Assembly: GCF_009914755.1 (NCBI RefSeq) | Contig: NC_060925.1 | Length of the DNA: 64,000 nt | Source: the human T2T-CHM13v2.0 reference genome, Homo sapiens | Reading direction: 5' to 3' (one strand) | Shown here: piece by piece, positions 27,197 to 41,258 of the stretch | How the letters are laid out: every line of letters starts with the position of its first letter | How positions within the stretch are numbered: position 1 is the stretch's first letter | The notes under the pieces: generated by a model | Database searches by the model: none | Told to the model about the DNA's origin: nothing | The model's input: only the letters and a program-made list of their open reading frames with translations | Made by a program: the position numbers and the translations under genes

Positions 27197-28696
27197 ATTT
27201 TTTTTTAATACTCTCCCCCTTAAGGCTGCATAGGGAGGGAGGCTTCATAGGTAGTGACTCTTCACAGGGGCCAGGTCAATGTTCTCAGTTTATGAGTCTG
27301 GAAACTGGTGCTTCTGTGTGCAGCTGCTGGAAACAGCACCTGGGCTGGAAGACCCCAGCTGTGCTCTTTCTGAGTCTTTCATCTTCAGGCACGAGACCCT
27401 GCAGGGGGATTCTTGCTGGGAGATTTCTTGTTGACCTTGTGTAACATAGTGCTGCAGGTGGCTGCTGACATAAGAATCAGTAGCTTGAGTCGGAGGCAGC
27501 ACTTTTTATTTACATCTTTTGAATTAGGAACATTTGTAGCCATTTAGTATTCTCATCGGAGACCCTTTTGCTTCAAACCCAGAGCTGGCCCAGTCTCAAA
27601 ACCCTGCTGAAGCTCCTGTGCCTGAGATCTGGCATGGCTATGGTTCAACTCTCCTATTGCAGGGCCCCTTTGGATTTTAGGGAAATCCCTAAACTCATGT
27701 ACAACCAGAAGCATCATTTTTTGGCAATCTGGACCACTAGTGTTATGCAATTTGGGATAAAGATAACTACAATTACTTCAGCACTGATTATTTAGATATC
27801 ATTATATCTAAAATATTCTGAGTGTCGGTATGCTTGGCTGATTTAACACATTGGATTATACCTTCCAGGCTGGGTTATCCCTTTCCTGGACATTGTTTTG
27901 GTTTTTATTAATGATTTTATGTGTATGTTCACCCTTTCCTGGAAATACATATTGTTCACTCTAGGCTAACCTAAAGCATGCTAGAGGAAGATGGAAAATG
28001 GACTGAATTTTTGTTAATTATAGCAGTTTACTGAAGTACCCTTTATATGTGCAATGTGAATGCATTTTACAGGCAAAGTCCACAGGGAAGGGCTCTCTTT
28101 ACCCTTTGGCTCAACCTGTCAGCCCTGAATGCAGTGGCCACTCCTATTCTAAAGACACTTTACATAGGGACTATAGGGCTGTTAGAAATGTTTGCTTTCT
28201 CAGACTGTTTACTGTGTAACAAACACAGTGGGAGAAGATTTTAGGAGAAATGGCTAAATTGAAATGGAGATTTACTTGATATCTTAATTGAAACAAAGAT
28301 GATGGCTTAATTGAAGCAGTGTGTGTTAATATAATTGATATATAGAAAACATCCTTTTCTTAGTTTAAAAAAAAGAGCCTTGATTATTCTATTACTGGGG
28401 GGAAAAGCTGCTAAATGAAAAATCAGAAATGAACATTTCTTCTTTGAATAGCTCAGGCTGCCTTCCAGTATTGCCTCTGAGGTTTGCAGATGCTGGAAAG
28501 AACCAGGTTATTAAGTTCTGTAAGCACATTTTTACCACTTTCTGGCTCAAACACCACTCATAGATGTTTCTCTATTATTTTGGTTCCATGAAGGGCCCCA
28601 GAGGGCAAGGAAGAAACTTATTGGGGTAGAAGAGAAAACCACTGGGAGCCCCTAGAGTCTGAACCTTTCTGTGGCTTAGTACTTATGCCTAATGTT

Positions 28697-28893
28697 TCTT
28701 TTTTGAGACAGGAGTCTTGCTATGTTGCCCAGGCTGGACTCGAACTCCTGTGGCTGAGGCCTTATGCCTCATAATTTTTGAGACAGGGGTCTTGCTATGT
28801 TGCCTGGGCTGGACTCAAACTCCTGGGCTCAAATGATCCTCCCACCTCAGCCTTCTGAGTAACTGGGACTACAGGCACTAGCCACCATGCCCA
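28697..28893 (-). mobile_element. FLAM/old Alu monomer with a duplicated tail-side segment
   Basis: ttttgagacagg..tcttgctatgttgcc..ggctggactc.aactcctg occurs twice, about 80 nt apart. Confidence 0.8.
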
Positions 28894-28944
28894 CTTGAGT
28901 CTAATTCTGAGTTGATAGCCCACTGTAATTTGTGATGAAAATAG

Positions 28945-29310
<366 letters not shown>

Positions 29311-29467
29311 GCCACTTGTATGCATTCTTATGGATTCTTTCTCCAGTGAAATTCTCCAAATATAGTCCCTATCCTTATAATCCCTATATGGCACTATTGA
29401 AACTCTCTCCCCACATGCACACACTTCTACTCCATAGCACAGTTGTTCCTCAGAGTTTCACAGGTGG

Positions 29468-29725
29468 AGGTAGTATAGCCTAGTGGCAAAGGCTGTGTGT
29501 ACTGGAGTCAGACAGTCTGTGTTTAAATCCTGACCTTGCCACCTACTAGCTTTTAACTACTGAGCAAATTAACTTATTTGTACCTCAATTTCATCATCTA
29601 TAAAATGAAGATAATTATATTTTCCCCCTTATATGGTGTTTTGAATATAATATTAACTAATCCTTGTAAGATGCTTGGAATGCCTATCACATACTAAAAA
29701 TTCATTAAATGTTAGCCATTATTTT
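29468..29725 (+). mobile_element. MIR SINE (near full length)
   Basis: gtagtatagcctagtgg...ctggagtcagacag...taaatcctg...cctcaatttcatcatctataaaatg...taaatgttagccattatt. Confidence 0.82.
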
Positions 29726-31099
29726 TTATTATTTGCTCATAAAAAGCTTCCTTAGACAGTATCATTCCTTTTTCTAGGTCATTCACTATTCTGTATTATG
29801 ATTTATTTAGCAGCCACAGGAGCTGGACTTAGGCCTTTATCTGTGATTCCTCCCATGTACTCTCTGTATGGACTTGGCTTTTTGAGGCATCTCAATTTCT
29901 TCTCCTGCAAATGGGCAGGTTAAAACTGGCTTAATCCAGGAACATTTTGCTGCGGTGTAAATGTTATGCTATGTTTTGAATATACAATTAATCCATGTTT
30001 TGTGTAGAAAATGTAAAAAGTGGAATGTTCTGGGTAATAAAAATATTTGTGTTAAAGGATACTAAACACCACAAAAAAATTAGAATGCAATGAAATACAC
30101 TTAACATTTAACCTTATCTACTCGAAGGAAAACAGTGCTATAGAAACAGCAGTATGATATTGGCCTGGGTTTTAAGCACAACTCTGTCATTTACTAACTG
30201 TGTGACTTCATCCACACTACTTTCTTAATCTCTCTGGGTCCAAGTTGTGACTATTGTCACCACCATCATAGTTGCTGTTAATAGCATAGAAGGAGGGCCA
30301 GGACACTAGCTTTTTGTTCTGGTTCTATTATCAACTGGCTTTATTGCTTTAGGTAAACCACTTACCCTTTCTGTTTTATGAGAAACATAAGGAAACTAGA
30401 GGATACTAGTTCCCATCCAGACCCAGTGTCTGACTGGGCCAGACAACAGACTACCAATTTTTATTTATTATATTTAATTAAAGTGGGGCCCACCTCTATG
30501 CTAAGTTGGCCTTTCCTTTCCGTGAGGGGCTTCGACCATTATAAGAAACTATGGAAATTGTAATAATGTCTTTTTCCCCTAGCAATGTAGAAAAATAATA
30601 GATTAGAAATTATTAGTTAATGAAGTCTAGACATGCCCTATCCCAAAGCAAGGGGGCTGGGTTTGATGACCCTAAGGTTTTTTGTTTGTTTATTTGCTTT
30701 TAGTAATCTGATTTTATGATTCATCAATGTAATTATCAACTAACCAGTGAGAGGATTCTAGTTTCCATCCAGCCAATTAGAGATGAGATTAGGCAACTGT
30801 TCTTTACCCTGCAGTGGGGTTTGGGATAGAAAATACTTTTGACAAATACTCTGTACTTTAATTAAAGCTTAGCATTTGCTGCACAAAGGAAATAACTGAC
30901 AATATATTATTATGAACTTACCTGCTTAGATAAATAAAGCTACACAGCGGGAATTTTGAAGACTTTGTTGGAACCATGAATTATTAGTCACCCGCTTTTC
31001 TTTGTTTCCCTAGTAACATTTGACACATGCTCCTCTCTCAGTCTCTACAGTTAGATGGTGGGATTTATGCCTCAAATGTGGCATGGATTTTTATTTATT

Positions 31100-32513
31100 C
31101 ATGTATTTATAATTTTAATTTTAAAAATTTTGTTTATAATTGACATATCCGGCACAACAGTGTATTGGTGTGATGTTTCAATACATGCATACACCGAATA
31201 ATGATCAAATCAGGGTAGTTAGCATATACATCACCTCAAACATCTATCATTTCTTTGTGGTGATAACTTTCAAGATGCTTTTTTCTAGTTACTTAAAATC
31301 TACAGTACATTATTATTAGCCACAGTTACCCTACTATGTAATAGAGCACATAACTTATTCTTCCTAACTATAACTTTGTATCTGTCAACCAAGCTCTCCC
31401 CATCTCCCTTTCCCACTACCCTTCCTAGCCTCTGGTAACCACTGTTCTAGTCTCTAATTCCATGAGATCAACTTTTTTAGACCTACATATGAGTGAGGTT
31501 ATGTGGTATTTGTCTTTCTATGCCTGGCTTATTTCACTTAACATTACGTCCTCCAGGTTCATCCATGTTGCTGCAGATGATAGGATTTCATTCTTTTCAC
31601 AGCTGAGTAGTATTTCATTGTGTATATCATCAGTTTATGGACATTTAGGTGGATTCCATATTTTGGTTGTTTTGAATGGTGCTGCAATAAACATGAGGGT
31701 GCAGATATCTCTTTGATATACTAATTTCAGTTCCTTTGAATATGTACCTAGTAGTGAGATTGCTAGATCATATGTTAGTTCTATTTTTAGTTTTCTGAGG
31801 AATTTTCATGCTGTTTTCATAATGACTGCACTAATTTACACTCCCACCAACAGTGTATTAGAGTTCCCCTTTCTCTGCATCCTGACCAGCATTTGTTATT
31901 TTCTGTCTTTTTGATAACAGCCATTCTAACTAGGGTGAGGTGACATTTCACTGTGCATTTGATTTGTATTTCCCTGATGATTAGCGATGTTGAGCATTTT
32001 ATCATATACCTGCTGGCCATTTTTATGTATTCTTTTGAAAAATGTCTATTCAAGTCTTCTGACCATTAAAAAAAATGTTCTTTTGCTATTAAGTTATTTG
32101 AGTTCTTTACATATTCTGGATATTAACCCCTTATTGGACTCATAATTTGCAAATATTTTCTTCAGTTCTGTAGGTTGTCTCCTCGCTCTGTTGTTTCCTT
32201 TGCTATGCAGGAGCTTTTCAGTTTGATGTAATCCCATTTGTTTATTTTTGCTTTTGTTGCCTGTGCTTTTGAGTTCTTATCCAAAAAAACTTGCCCACAT
32301 CAATGTCATAAAGCTTTTCCCCTAAACTTTATTCTATTAGTTTTATAGTTTTGAGTCTTATGTTTAAGTCTTTCATTCATTTTGAGCTGATTTTTGTACA
32401 TGGTGAAAGATAGTTTTATTCTTCTGCATGTGGGTATTATGTTTTTTCAGCACCATTTATTAAAGATATTCTCCTTTCCCCAATGTGTGTTCCTGGCACC
32501 TTTGTCAAAAATC
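31100..32513 (-). mobile_element. L1MA-type LINE, 3' UTR plus ORF2 end
   Basis: Antisense L1; ORF 31817-32053(-) [32 protein letters not shown]...KCW...[14 protein letters not shown] is the ORF2p C-terminal Cys-rich region. Confidence 0.93.
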
Positions 32514-32877
32514 CGTTTATTTATTTTTAATTATTTTATTTTTATGCAACTCTATCATTTGCATTTCATGGACATTTGGGGAAGGTTAGACCAAGATTTG
32601 GCACTGTTATGATGAGCAGATTTGGGATGGGTGAAGAGGGTGTAAACACTTTACATTTTGTTGCTTCCTAAGGCAGTGGAGCTGGTTCTTACCAGTATAA
32701 TTTGGGGGACAATGGAAAACTCATTTTTTATTAATGGATATGATTCTTTAAATTTCATCCCAAGACAAAGATTTATAAACCTGTCCCCTTTAAAATGCAA
32801 ACATTCCAGTGAGGAGCAAAGCATGAAAATTAAAATCTTCAACAGGATTAGAAAGGAACAACTTTGCAATCTTCTAG

Positions 32878-33063
32878 AATAAGGCTTCTCAAAATATGGA
32901 TCCGCTTAGTCTATTTCAGAGTGTTCATGTTGACATTTGCACTGAAGGTACAAAATAAAACTGCTGGTACTTTAATTTGAATAAAAGCAGTCATACCACA
33001 TAACACTAAGAGTCATGTATTCTTCATCATTACACACTTGCACCTAAACACATAAGCACACAT

Positions 33064-33097
<34 letters not shown>

Positions 33098-34164
33098 TCT
33101 TCACTTAAGAATGTCCTTAAAGCAGTAACATTTATTACTTTTATTAAATCCTGACCCTTGGGTACATGTGTTTTTAATATTCTGTAAGATGAAATGGGAA
33201 GTGCACATAAAGCAAATCTGAGGCTACTTAAGTACTATAATTATCTCAAGGAAAAATACTTTTGTGGTTGAGTTGCAAGCTGAACTAGCCACTTTTTTCA
33301 TGGAACTCCATTTTTTCTTGAAAGCACAGGCAACAAATTGTGATTATTCAGACTTGAGTGTCTAGCAGGTGTTTCTCAAAAAAAAAAATGAATTAAGCCA
33401 GACTCTGCAAGGAAAACAACTGACAGTATTTGTTGCCAATAATAAAATTTAAGCTTTTAAATGAAAATTCAAAGTTTAGAAAACTTGCATTCATCCTCAT
33501 GAACTTGACATTTTCCTAATATTTAAAGACGTTGAAGAGATTGGTCATGATATTAAATAGTGAGATGTTTTAATATTATATAATGAAAAGTGTCAAAATG
33601 TGGAAGATCTGCATAACTTGGTGACCTGATATTTTCCAGATGACCAACACATGATGTTACAACATTATGCAGGATAAAAAGATCCATTCAAATTACAATA
33701 TAGAACACTGGATTTAATGTAACAAAGCATGAAAAGTTCACTGATATGATTTCAGATTCCATATTGTAACTAACCTTTAAGAAACTACCATCTGTTTAGT
33801 TTAGTGTAGTACCAAAGATGAAAATCCACAATTATGAAAACAGATTGAATGTAGAAGCAAATATGAGAGTGCAGCTCTTTTCTGCTAAGCCTGATATTAA
33901 AGAGATTTGCAAACATGCAAAGCCATGCCACTCTCCTTGCTAAATTTGTTTTGTTTCAGAACATACAGTTGTCATGAAAATGTTATGTTATATGTAATGG
34001 GTTTATTAATGTTATCTCTAAATGAAATAACAAATGTTGATTTTCTCGGTTTTGATTTCTAAAATGGTAAATCTCAATAGCTCTAAGCCACATGTACAAA
34101 TATGGGGATTCAATAATTTTTAACAGTATGAAGGGGATCAGAGATCAAAATATGAGGGCAGTGG
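32878..34164 (+). mobile_element. Charlie1-type hAT transposon deletion derivative
   Basis: Ends resemble Charlie1 (gcttctcaaa...; aagggg...gagatcaaaa...tgag...cagtg); flanked by a ttctaga hAT-like target on both sides; internal degenerate transposase (ttatctcaaggaaaa...gagttgcaagctgaacta). Confidence 0.8.
33065..33095. repeat. (CA)n microsatellite
   Basis: CA run inside the Charlie element. Confidence 0.95.
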
Positions 34165-34603
34165 TTCTAGAGCAAGCTTCCTGACTTCACAGGTGAGTAA
34201 CTGAGGCCATGAGAGGGGATGTGACTCATTCACGGTAAGACAACTGTGATTAGATCACATCTTTGCAAACCACTGTTCCAATGTTTGTTTTTTCTACTAC
34301 TCAACACTGTAAACCATGACTTCATGTGAATAAGCTAATCAACTACTGTCTGATGAGAAAGTTGGCTGGGAGAGGCTCTGATGTAGATCAGTGGAGACAG
34401 AGCTTTCTTACAGCATGTGAATGACAGGCCAGGTGAGAGGCCAAGGGGCCTCTTCCAGGCTCTGGGCACCTCCAGCTGAGGGGATGTGGGCTGAGAGGAG
34501 ATGAGTGGCTGCAAGTGGAGGAAGAACATTACCTACTTCAGATTTTATGCCTCTTGCTCTGAAACGAGGTCAGCTTTTCCTTATCCCTTGGCTTTTCCCC
34601 CAG

Positions 34604-34794
34604 GGAGTTTGCCCGTTGGAAGGTGAACAACTTGGCTCTGGAAAGGAAGGACTTCTTCAGTTTGCCATTGCCTCTTGCCCCAGAGTTTATCCGGAACATT
34701 CGCCTCCTTGGAAGGAGACCCAATCTGCAACAGGTTACAGAAAATCTGATTAAAAAGTACGGCACTCATTTCTTACTTTCTGCCACCCTTGGAG
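34604..34794 (+). CDS. BRINP2: BRINP2 exon 3 (MACPF domain)
   Basis: Acceptor cttttcccccAG; encodes [24 protein letters not shown]...[17 protein letters not shown], containing the MACPF signature YGTH-x6-GG; donor G|GTAAGC; 191 nt. Confidence 0.97.
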
Positions 34795-35049
34795 GTAAGC
34801 AACATCACAATCCCAAGCTAATTGGTTGCCAGACCATTGGAAATAACGTTAAGACTCGTGTAGCGTAGCTCCAACAGTCTTATCTTCTTCCGGGCCTTTT
34901 ATTGCCTGAGAAGTCTTTCTGGTGCATTTGAAAACAGTGCAGTCTCTTGACATCTCAATTTACCCCAGAACATCTCTATTTAATTATTCCCTGAGGAGGG
35001 GAAGTTGGGTATGGCGGTTGGAGGTGGACAGGCTCCTAACAAGCACTTG

Positions 35050-35063
35050 CCAGCAGGGGGCAC
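35050..35063 (+). promoter_or_regulatory. CTCF core motif
   Basis: CCAGCAGGGGGCAC matches the CCASYAGRKGGCRS consensus at every position. Confidence 0.7.
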
Positions 35064-35860
35064 TCCCAGTTTTCGCTCCGCTGAGTCACCCAACCCCTGA
35101 GGCTTCGCCACTTTCTAATGTTTGCTGTGGCTACAATGGTCAGACCCACAGGCAAAAAAGTCGAAGTCCCTGGAGTCCCTGACCCCTCTTCCTCTCTATA
35201 ACGATTGGAAACTGTCCAAACCAACTCCAGTAGTTCTGGGCTGATGAATCATCCTCTTGTGGGGCGGAGAGTGGGGGTAGGGTGGAGCAATGTGGGCTAG
35301 GACCCAGGGCAGGATCAAAATCTCTGAAGATGCAGAGCTCCCTCTGCCCTGGGAAGAAGGAAGCAGGATTTATTATAACATTTAGCTCACTGTCCAATCG
35401 ACTAAAACAAGCTCTCCCAGGGCTCGGGCCAGCTGTCGGCACGCGGCAGGTGTTGAGTGTTTGATGGGGAGGAGGGAGATGCCCCTTCAAGGCTTTTGCC
35501 CTTCCTGAGGGAGCAGAAAAAGCCACGAAGACTCCTCGTAAACAACTTGAGAGAGAGAATTGTGTCTCCCCTATGAAGATGGATTGCTTGAGACAGAGTT
35601 CAATAGAAGATGTTAAACAGATAAGCTGAGGGCAGGGGGACTGAGCTTTGGAAGAGGGCCTTTCAGGCAGCGAGGCCGCTGGCCTGTGGCTCCCTCTGAT
35701 GAGCTTCTTCTAAAGATGGTAAGGGCTGGGGGAAGAGCTTGGCAGCAGGGGCTGCACTCTCTCTCAGCTGTGTCTATCTTGGCCAAGGGTTTTATGTTCC
35801 TATTGGTAGGGGATTCGAGAGCAGAGAGCGTCACCAATACACTCGTGTTGTTCACCATAG

Positions 35861-36069
35861 GAGAAGAGTCCCTGACCATTTTTGTGGACAAGCAGAAACT
35901 GGGAAGAAAGACAGAGACAACAGGAGGTGCCTCTATAATCGGGGGCAGTGGGAACAGCACAGCTGTGTCCCTGGAGACCCTGCACCAGCTGGCCGCCTCC
36001 TACTTCATCGACAGAGAGAGCACGCTGCGACGGCTGCACCATATCCAGATAGCCACGGGGGCCATCAAG
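35861..36069 (+). CDS. BRINP2: BRINP2 exon 4 (MACPF domain)
   Basis: Acceptor ttcaccatAG; [12 protein letters not shown]...[30 protein letters not shown]; donor AAG|GTAATG; 209 nt; phase matches exon 3. Confidence 0.96.
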
Positions 36070-37187
36070 GTAATGACCTGAGAGGTACAGGGAAGGGGAT
36101 GGGGGAAGCACTGAGGAACCAGGGGGAGGCCAGAGCCTCAACCATCTCTAGGTCAGCTGGGCCGACTGATGGAAGAGGAAAAGAAGCTTTCTGATGAAGA
36201 CACAGCCAGCCTTCAGACACGATGGGGTCATTCATTCCACTGCAGACACTCACAGAGCACCCACTCTGAGGCAGGCTACAGCAGAGGCACGTCTGTGAAT
36301 GGCAGTCAAGGTCCCCATGCTCACAGAGGTTGCACTCTGGTGGAGGATGGAAAAACAACAAAGTTATTTCTAATGATAAATAAAGACAAGACAGAGTCAT
36401 AGGTGTACATTTCCTGGGGCGTGGGGAGGGAGCAGCTCATACGATTATTATTAGATTGATCATGGAGGGCACTTTGGGGTTTAGACTTTGAGCTCTGAAT
36501 GATAAGAAACCAGCTGTGTGGAGAAGTGAGCGGAAAGTGTTCAGGCAGACAGAACAAAGTACTAAGTACTTGTTCCAAGTAAGTACTAAGGCCTTTTAGC
36601 AGGAACCAGCCTGGTGCCTTGTTGGGGCACAGAGAAGACTGCTGAGATGATGGGGAGGTGAATAACAAAGAGAAGATGAGGTTTGGCTGGAGCCAGGTTA
36701 TGTGCCATGAGAAGGAATTTTAATATAAGTGAAAGTGCAGTGAAAAACCACTGGAAAGATTTAACAGGGGAGTAACATGATCTCATGAGTGTTTTTAAGA
36801 GATCAATAGTTATTGTGACTTTAATAACTATAACCTTCATCATATCTTCTCTACTTACACCTAAGAGGTTTCTAGTAAAGTTCATGTTGTTTTAGGGAAA
36901 ACCAGTGAAAATACTGTACTTGAGAATACAGTTTTTTAAAAATTCTAAGCAAAATGTTAAGGTACTGAAAATACTTCAAAGTTGTCTTATATCCTGCTTT
37001 TATCCCATGTGAAACTCACAAGCAAATTTTGTTTATTTATTAATTCATTCAATAAGTATTTACTGAGCACGTATTATTTGTCAGGCACTGTTTGGGGTCC
37101 TGAGAATACAAGAATGAACAAAAGCTGTAAAGTTCCTGCCCTGATAAAGCTTGAATTCTAATAGCAGAGAGATCATTCATAAATATA

Positions 37188-39614
37188 CAGGCAATAGCTC
37201 ATTTTGTTATGGTTTGCTTCATTGCATTTTGCAGATACTGTGGTTTTGTTTTTGTTTTTGTTTTTGTTTTTACAAATTGAAAGTTTATGGCAACGCTGTG
37301 TCAAACAAGTTTCCTGGCACTATTTTTGGCACTATTTTTCCAACAGCATGTGCTTACTTCGTATCTCTGATAATTCTCACAGTATTTTAAACTTTTTCAT
37401 TGTTATTTTATCTGTTATGGTGATCTGTGATATGTGACCTTTAATGTCACTTTTATAATTGTTTTGGAGTGTCACAAATTGCACCCATATGTGATAACAA
37501 ACTTCGTCAATAAATGATGTGTGCTCTGACTGGTCCACCAACTGGCTGTTCCCCTATCTCTCTCACTTTTCTCAGGCCTCCCTATTCCCTGAGACACAAC
37601 AATATTGAAATTAGGCCAATTATTAACCTTAGTGGCTTCTAAGTTTTCAAGTGAAAGAGTCAGACATCTCTCACTTGAAATCAAAAGCTAGAAATAAATG
37701 ATTAGGCATAGTGAGGAAGGCATGTCAGAAGCTGAGAAAGGCCAAAACCTAGGCCGCTTGCAACAAACAGTTAGCCAAGTTGCAAATGCAAAGAAAAAGT
37801 CCTTGAAAGACATTAAAAGTGCTAGTCCGGTGAATACAAGAATGATAAAAAAGCCAAACAGCCTTCTTGCTGATATGAAGGAAGTTTGAGTGGTCTGGAT
37901 AGAAGATCAAACCAGCCACAACATTCCCCGAAGCCAAAGCCTAATCCAGAGTAAGGCCCTGACTCTGGTTAATTCTCTGCAGACTGAGAGGGGTCAAAAA
38001 GCTACAGAAAAATGTTTGAAGCTAGCGTAGGTTGGTTCATGAGATTGGAGGAAAGAACCCGTCTCCATGATATACAAGCACAAGATGAAGCAGTAACTGC
38101 TGATTTAGAAGCTGCAGCAGGTTATCCAGATCTAGCGAAGATCATTGATGAGGGTGGCTACACTAAACAACAGATTTTCAGTGTAGATGACACTGCCTTC
38201 TCCTGGAAGAAGATGACATTGAGGACTTTCATAGCTAAGGAGGGTAAGTCAATCCCTGGCTTCAAAGCTTCAAAGGACAAGCTGACTTTCTTCTTACAGG
38301 CTAATATAGCTGGTCACTTTAAATTGAAGCCAAGACTCATTTAGCATTCTGAAAATCCTAGGGCCCTTAAGAATTATGCTGAATCTCCTCTGCCAGTGCT
38401 CTATAAATGGAACAATCCAGCCTCGATGACAGCATATTTGTTTACAGCATGGTTTATGAACTATCTTAAGCCCATTGTTGAGACCTACTACTCAGAAAAA
38501 AAATTCTTTCAAAATATCACTTCTGATTTACAATATACTTGCTCACCCAAGAGCTCTGATGGAGATGTACAAAGGAGATTAATATTGTTTTTATGCCTGC
38601 AAACACAGCATCCATTCTGTAGCCCATGAATCAAGGAGTAATTTTGACTTCCAAGTCTTATTTAAAAACGTTTTTATAAGGTAAAGGCTGCCATAGATAG
38701 TGATTCCTCTGACAAATCTGGGCAAAGTAAATTGAAAATCATTTAGAAATAACACTATTCTAGATGCCATTATGAACATTTGTAATTCATAGGGGGATGT
38801 CAAAATATCATTAACAGGAGCTTTGGAGAAGTTGATTCCAACCCTCATGGATGTCTTTGAGGATGTCTTTCCTCAGTGGAGGAAGTAATTGTATATGTAG
38901 TGGAAATAGGAAGAGAACTGAAATAAAACGTAGAGCCTGAAGATGTGACTGAATTGCTGCAATCTTATGATAAAATGTGAATAAATGACGAGTTGCTTCT
39001 TATGAATGAGCAAAGAAAGTGGTTTCTTGAGAGGGAATCTACTCCTGGTGATGATACTATGAATGTTGTTGAAATGACAACAAAGAGTTTAGAATATTTC
39101 ATAAACTTAGTTGATAAAGCAGTGGCAGGGATTCAGAGGATTGACTCCAATTTTGAAAGAAGTTCTATTGTTGGTAAAATGCTATCAAATAGCGTCACAT
39201 GCTACAGAGAAATCTCTCATGAAAGGAAGAGTCCATTGATGCAGCAAACTTCATTGTTGTCTTAGTTTAAGGAATTGCCACAGCCACCCCAACCTTCAGC
39301 AACCACCACCCTGATCAGTCAGCAGCCATCAACATCAAGGCAGGACACTCCACCAGCAAAAAGATTCCAACAACTGACTGATGGCTCAGATGATCATTAG
39401 CATTTTCTAGCAATAACATATTATTTAATTAAGGTATGTACATTGTTTGTTCAGACATAATGCTATTGAACACTTAATAGACTACAGTATAGTGTAAACA
39501 TAACTTTCATATGGCACTAGGAAACCAAAAAATGTGCATGACTTGCTTTATTGTGATATTTGCTTTATTACAGTGGTCTAAAGCTGAACCCATAATATCT
39601 CTGAGGTACACCTG
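37188..39614 (+). mobile_element. Full-length Tigger1 DNA transposon with disrupted pogo-like transposase
   Basis: About 2.43 kb, TA|caggca...gaggtacacctg|TA; fragments SEEGMSEAEKGQNLG (HTH), [10 protein letters not shown] (CENP-B HTH), [21 protein letters not shown]...[10 protein letters not shown] (DDE); multiple stops and frameshifts. Confidence 0.95.
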
Positions 39615-40916
39615 TATAATGCCAGGTGGGATGAATGGTATGAAGAAATGAAGCCAAGTAAGAGGATAAAGGGTGATGGGGATGTGGAGTTTAGGGAAGA
39701 CCTGTCCAAGGAATGCCACTTAAGCAGAGACCTGAATGAAGTGAGGGAGTAAGCCCCAAACATCAGAGACAAAGGACAGAACAGGTACAAGTGCCCTAAA
39801 GTGGCAGGGCAGTGTACTTTGTATGATCCAGGACCACCAAGAAAGGCAGTGAGGCTGGCATGCAGGCAGGAGAGAAATGAAGTGAAAGATGAGTTTATAG
39901 AGGTTGCAGGGGCCATATCATGAAGGCCTTACTGATTAGGAAGTAGAAAGAAAGGGGGATCCTGGAGACCAGTGCAGTGGCTATTGCAGTGGTAAAGGTA
40001 AGACATAATTGTGGCTTAGACAAAGCTGGTGTCACAGAGGTGGTGAGAAGTTGGCATATTCAGAATATATTTTGATGATAGAGCCTATGCAATCAGACAA
40101 TAGATTGGAAGAAAGGAATAAAGATTTACTGCAAGATTTATGGCCTGAGCAATCAAATGAACAGTGATTCCATTTACTGAGAAGGACAACACTGGGAGGA
40201 GGTACAGATCTGAAAGAAATAAATCAAGAATTTGGTTTTAGACATGTTGAATGTGACATTCCTATCAGACATCTTACTAGAGAAATCTAACAGTCAGTTG
40301 GACACAAACACCAGGATTTCAAGAGAAAGGCCATGATTGAAGATGGAAATTTGGTGTGCAAATATATACACATGTGTAGTGGGTATTTACAACTATGGGA
40401 GAAAATGAAATGAGATCACTCAAGGAGTGAGTGCAACTAGGAAAGTGGCCCTAGGGCTGAGTTGTGAAGCACTCTAATATTCAGAAATGGGGAAGAAGAG
40501 AGGATCCAACCAAGAAGACTGAGACAGAACAGAGAGTATGAAGAGAACCAAAGCGGGCTCACAAAGCCACGTGAAGAATGTTTTTCACAAAAGAAGTAAC
40601 TGGCAACTGTGGCTGTTGAGCAGTCACTAAGGTGAAGATTGAGACTCGACCTTCAATTTGGTGACATGGAGGTCACTGGTAACCTGGAGAAGAGTGGTTC
40701 AGTACATGAAGAGTACAAAAGGCCAAGTGAAGAAAACTCGAGGAAGGAAGCAAAGTGAGGAATCAGATATGAGTAGAAATAATCCTTTTGCTATGAAGGC
40801 AAATGGAAAAATGAGTGATAACTGGGGAGCGATGTGGGGTCATGGGAGGGTGTGTTTTTGTTTTTAAGATGGGAGCTGTTCCAGCATATTGATATACTGA
40901 TTAAAATAACTCCATA

Positions 40917-41258
<342 letters not shown>

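Noticed and set aside
37698-39265. Active or domesticated Tigger transposase
   Set aside because: Multiple stops and frameshifts; the longest piece is 110 aa.
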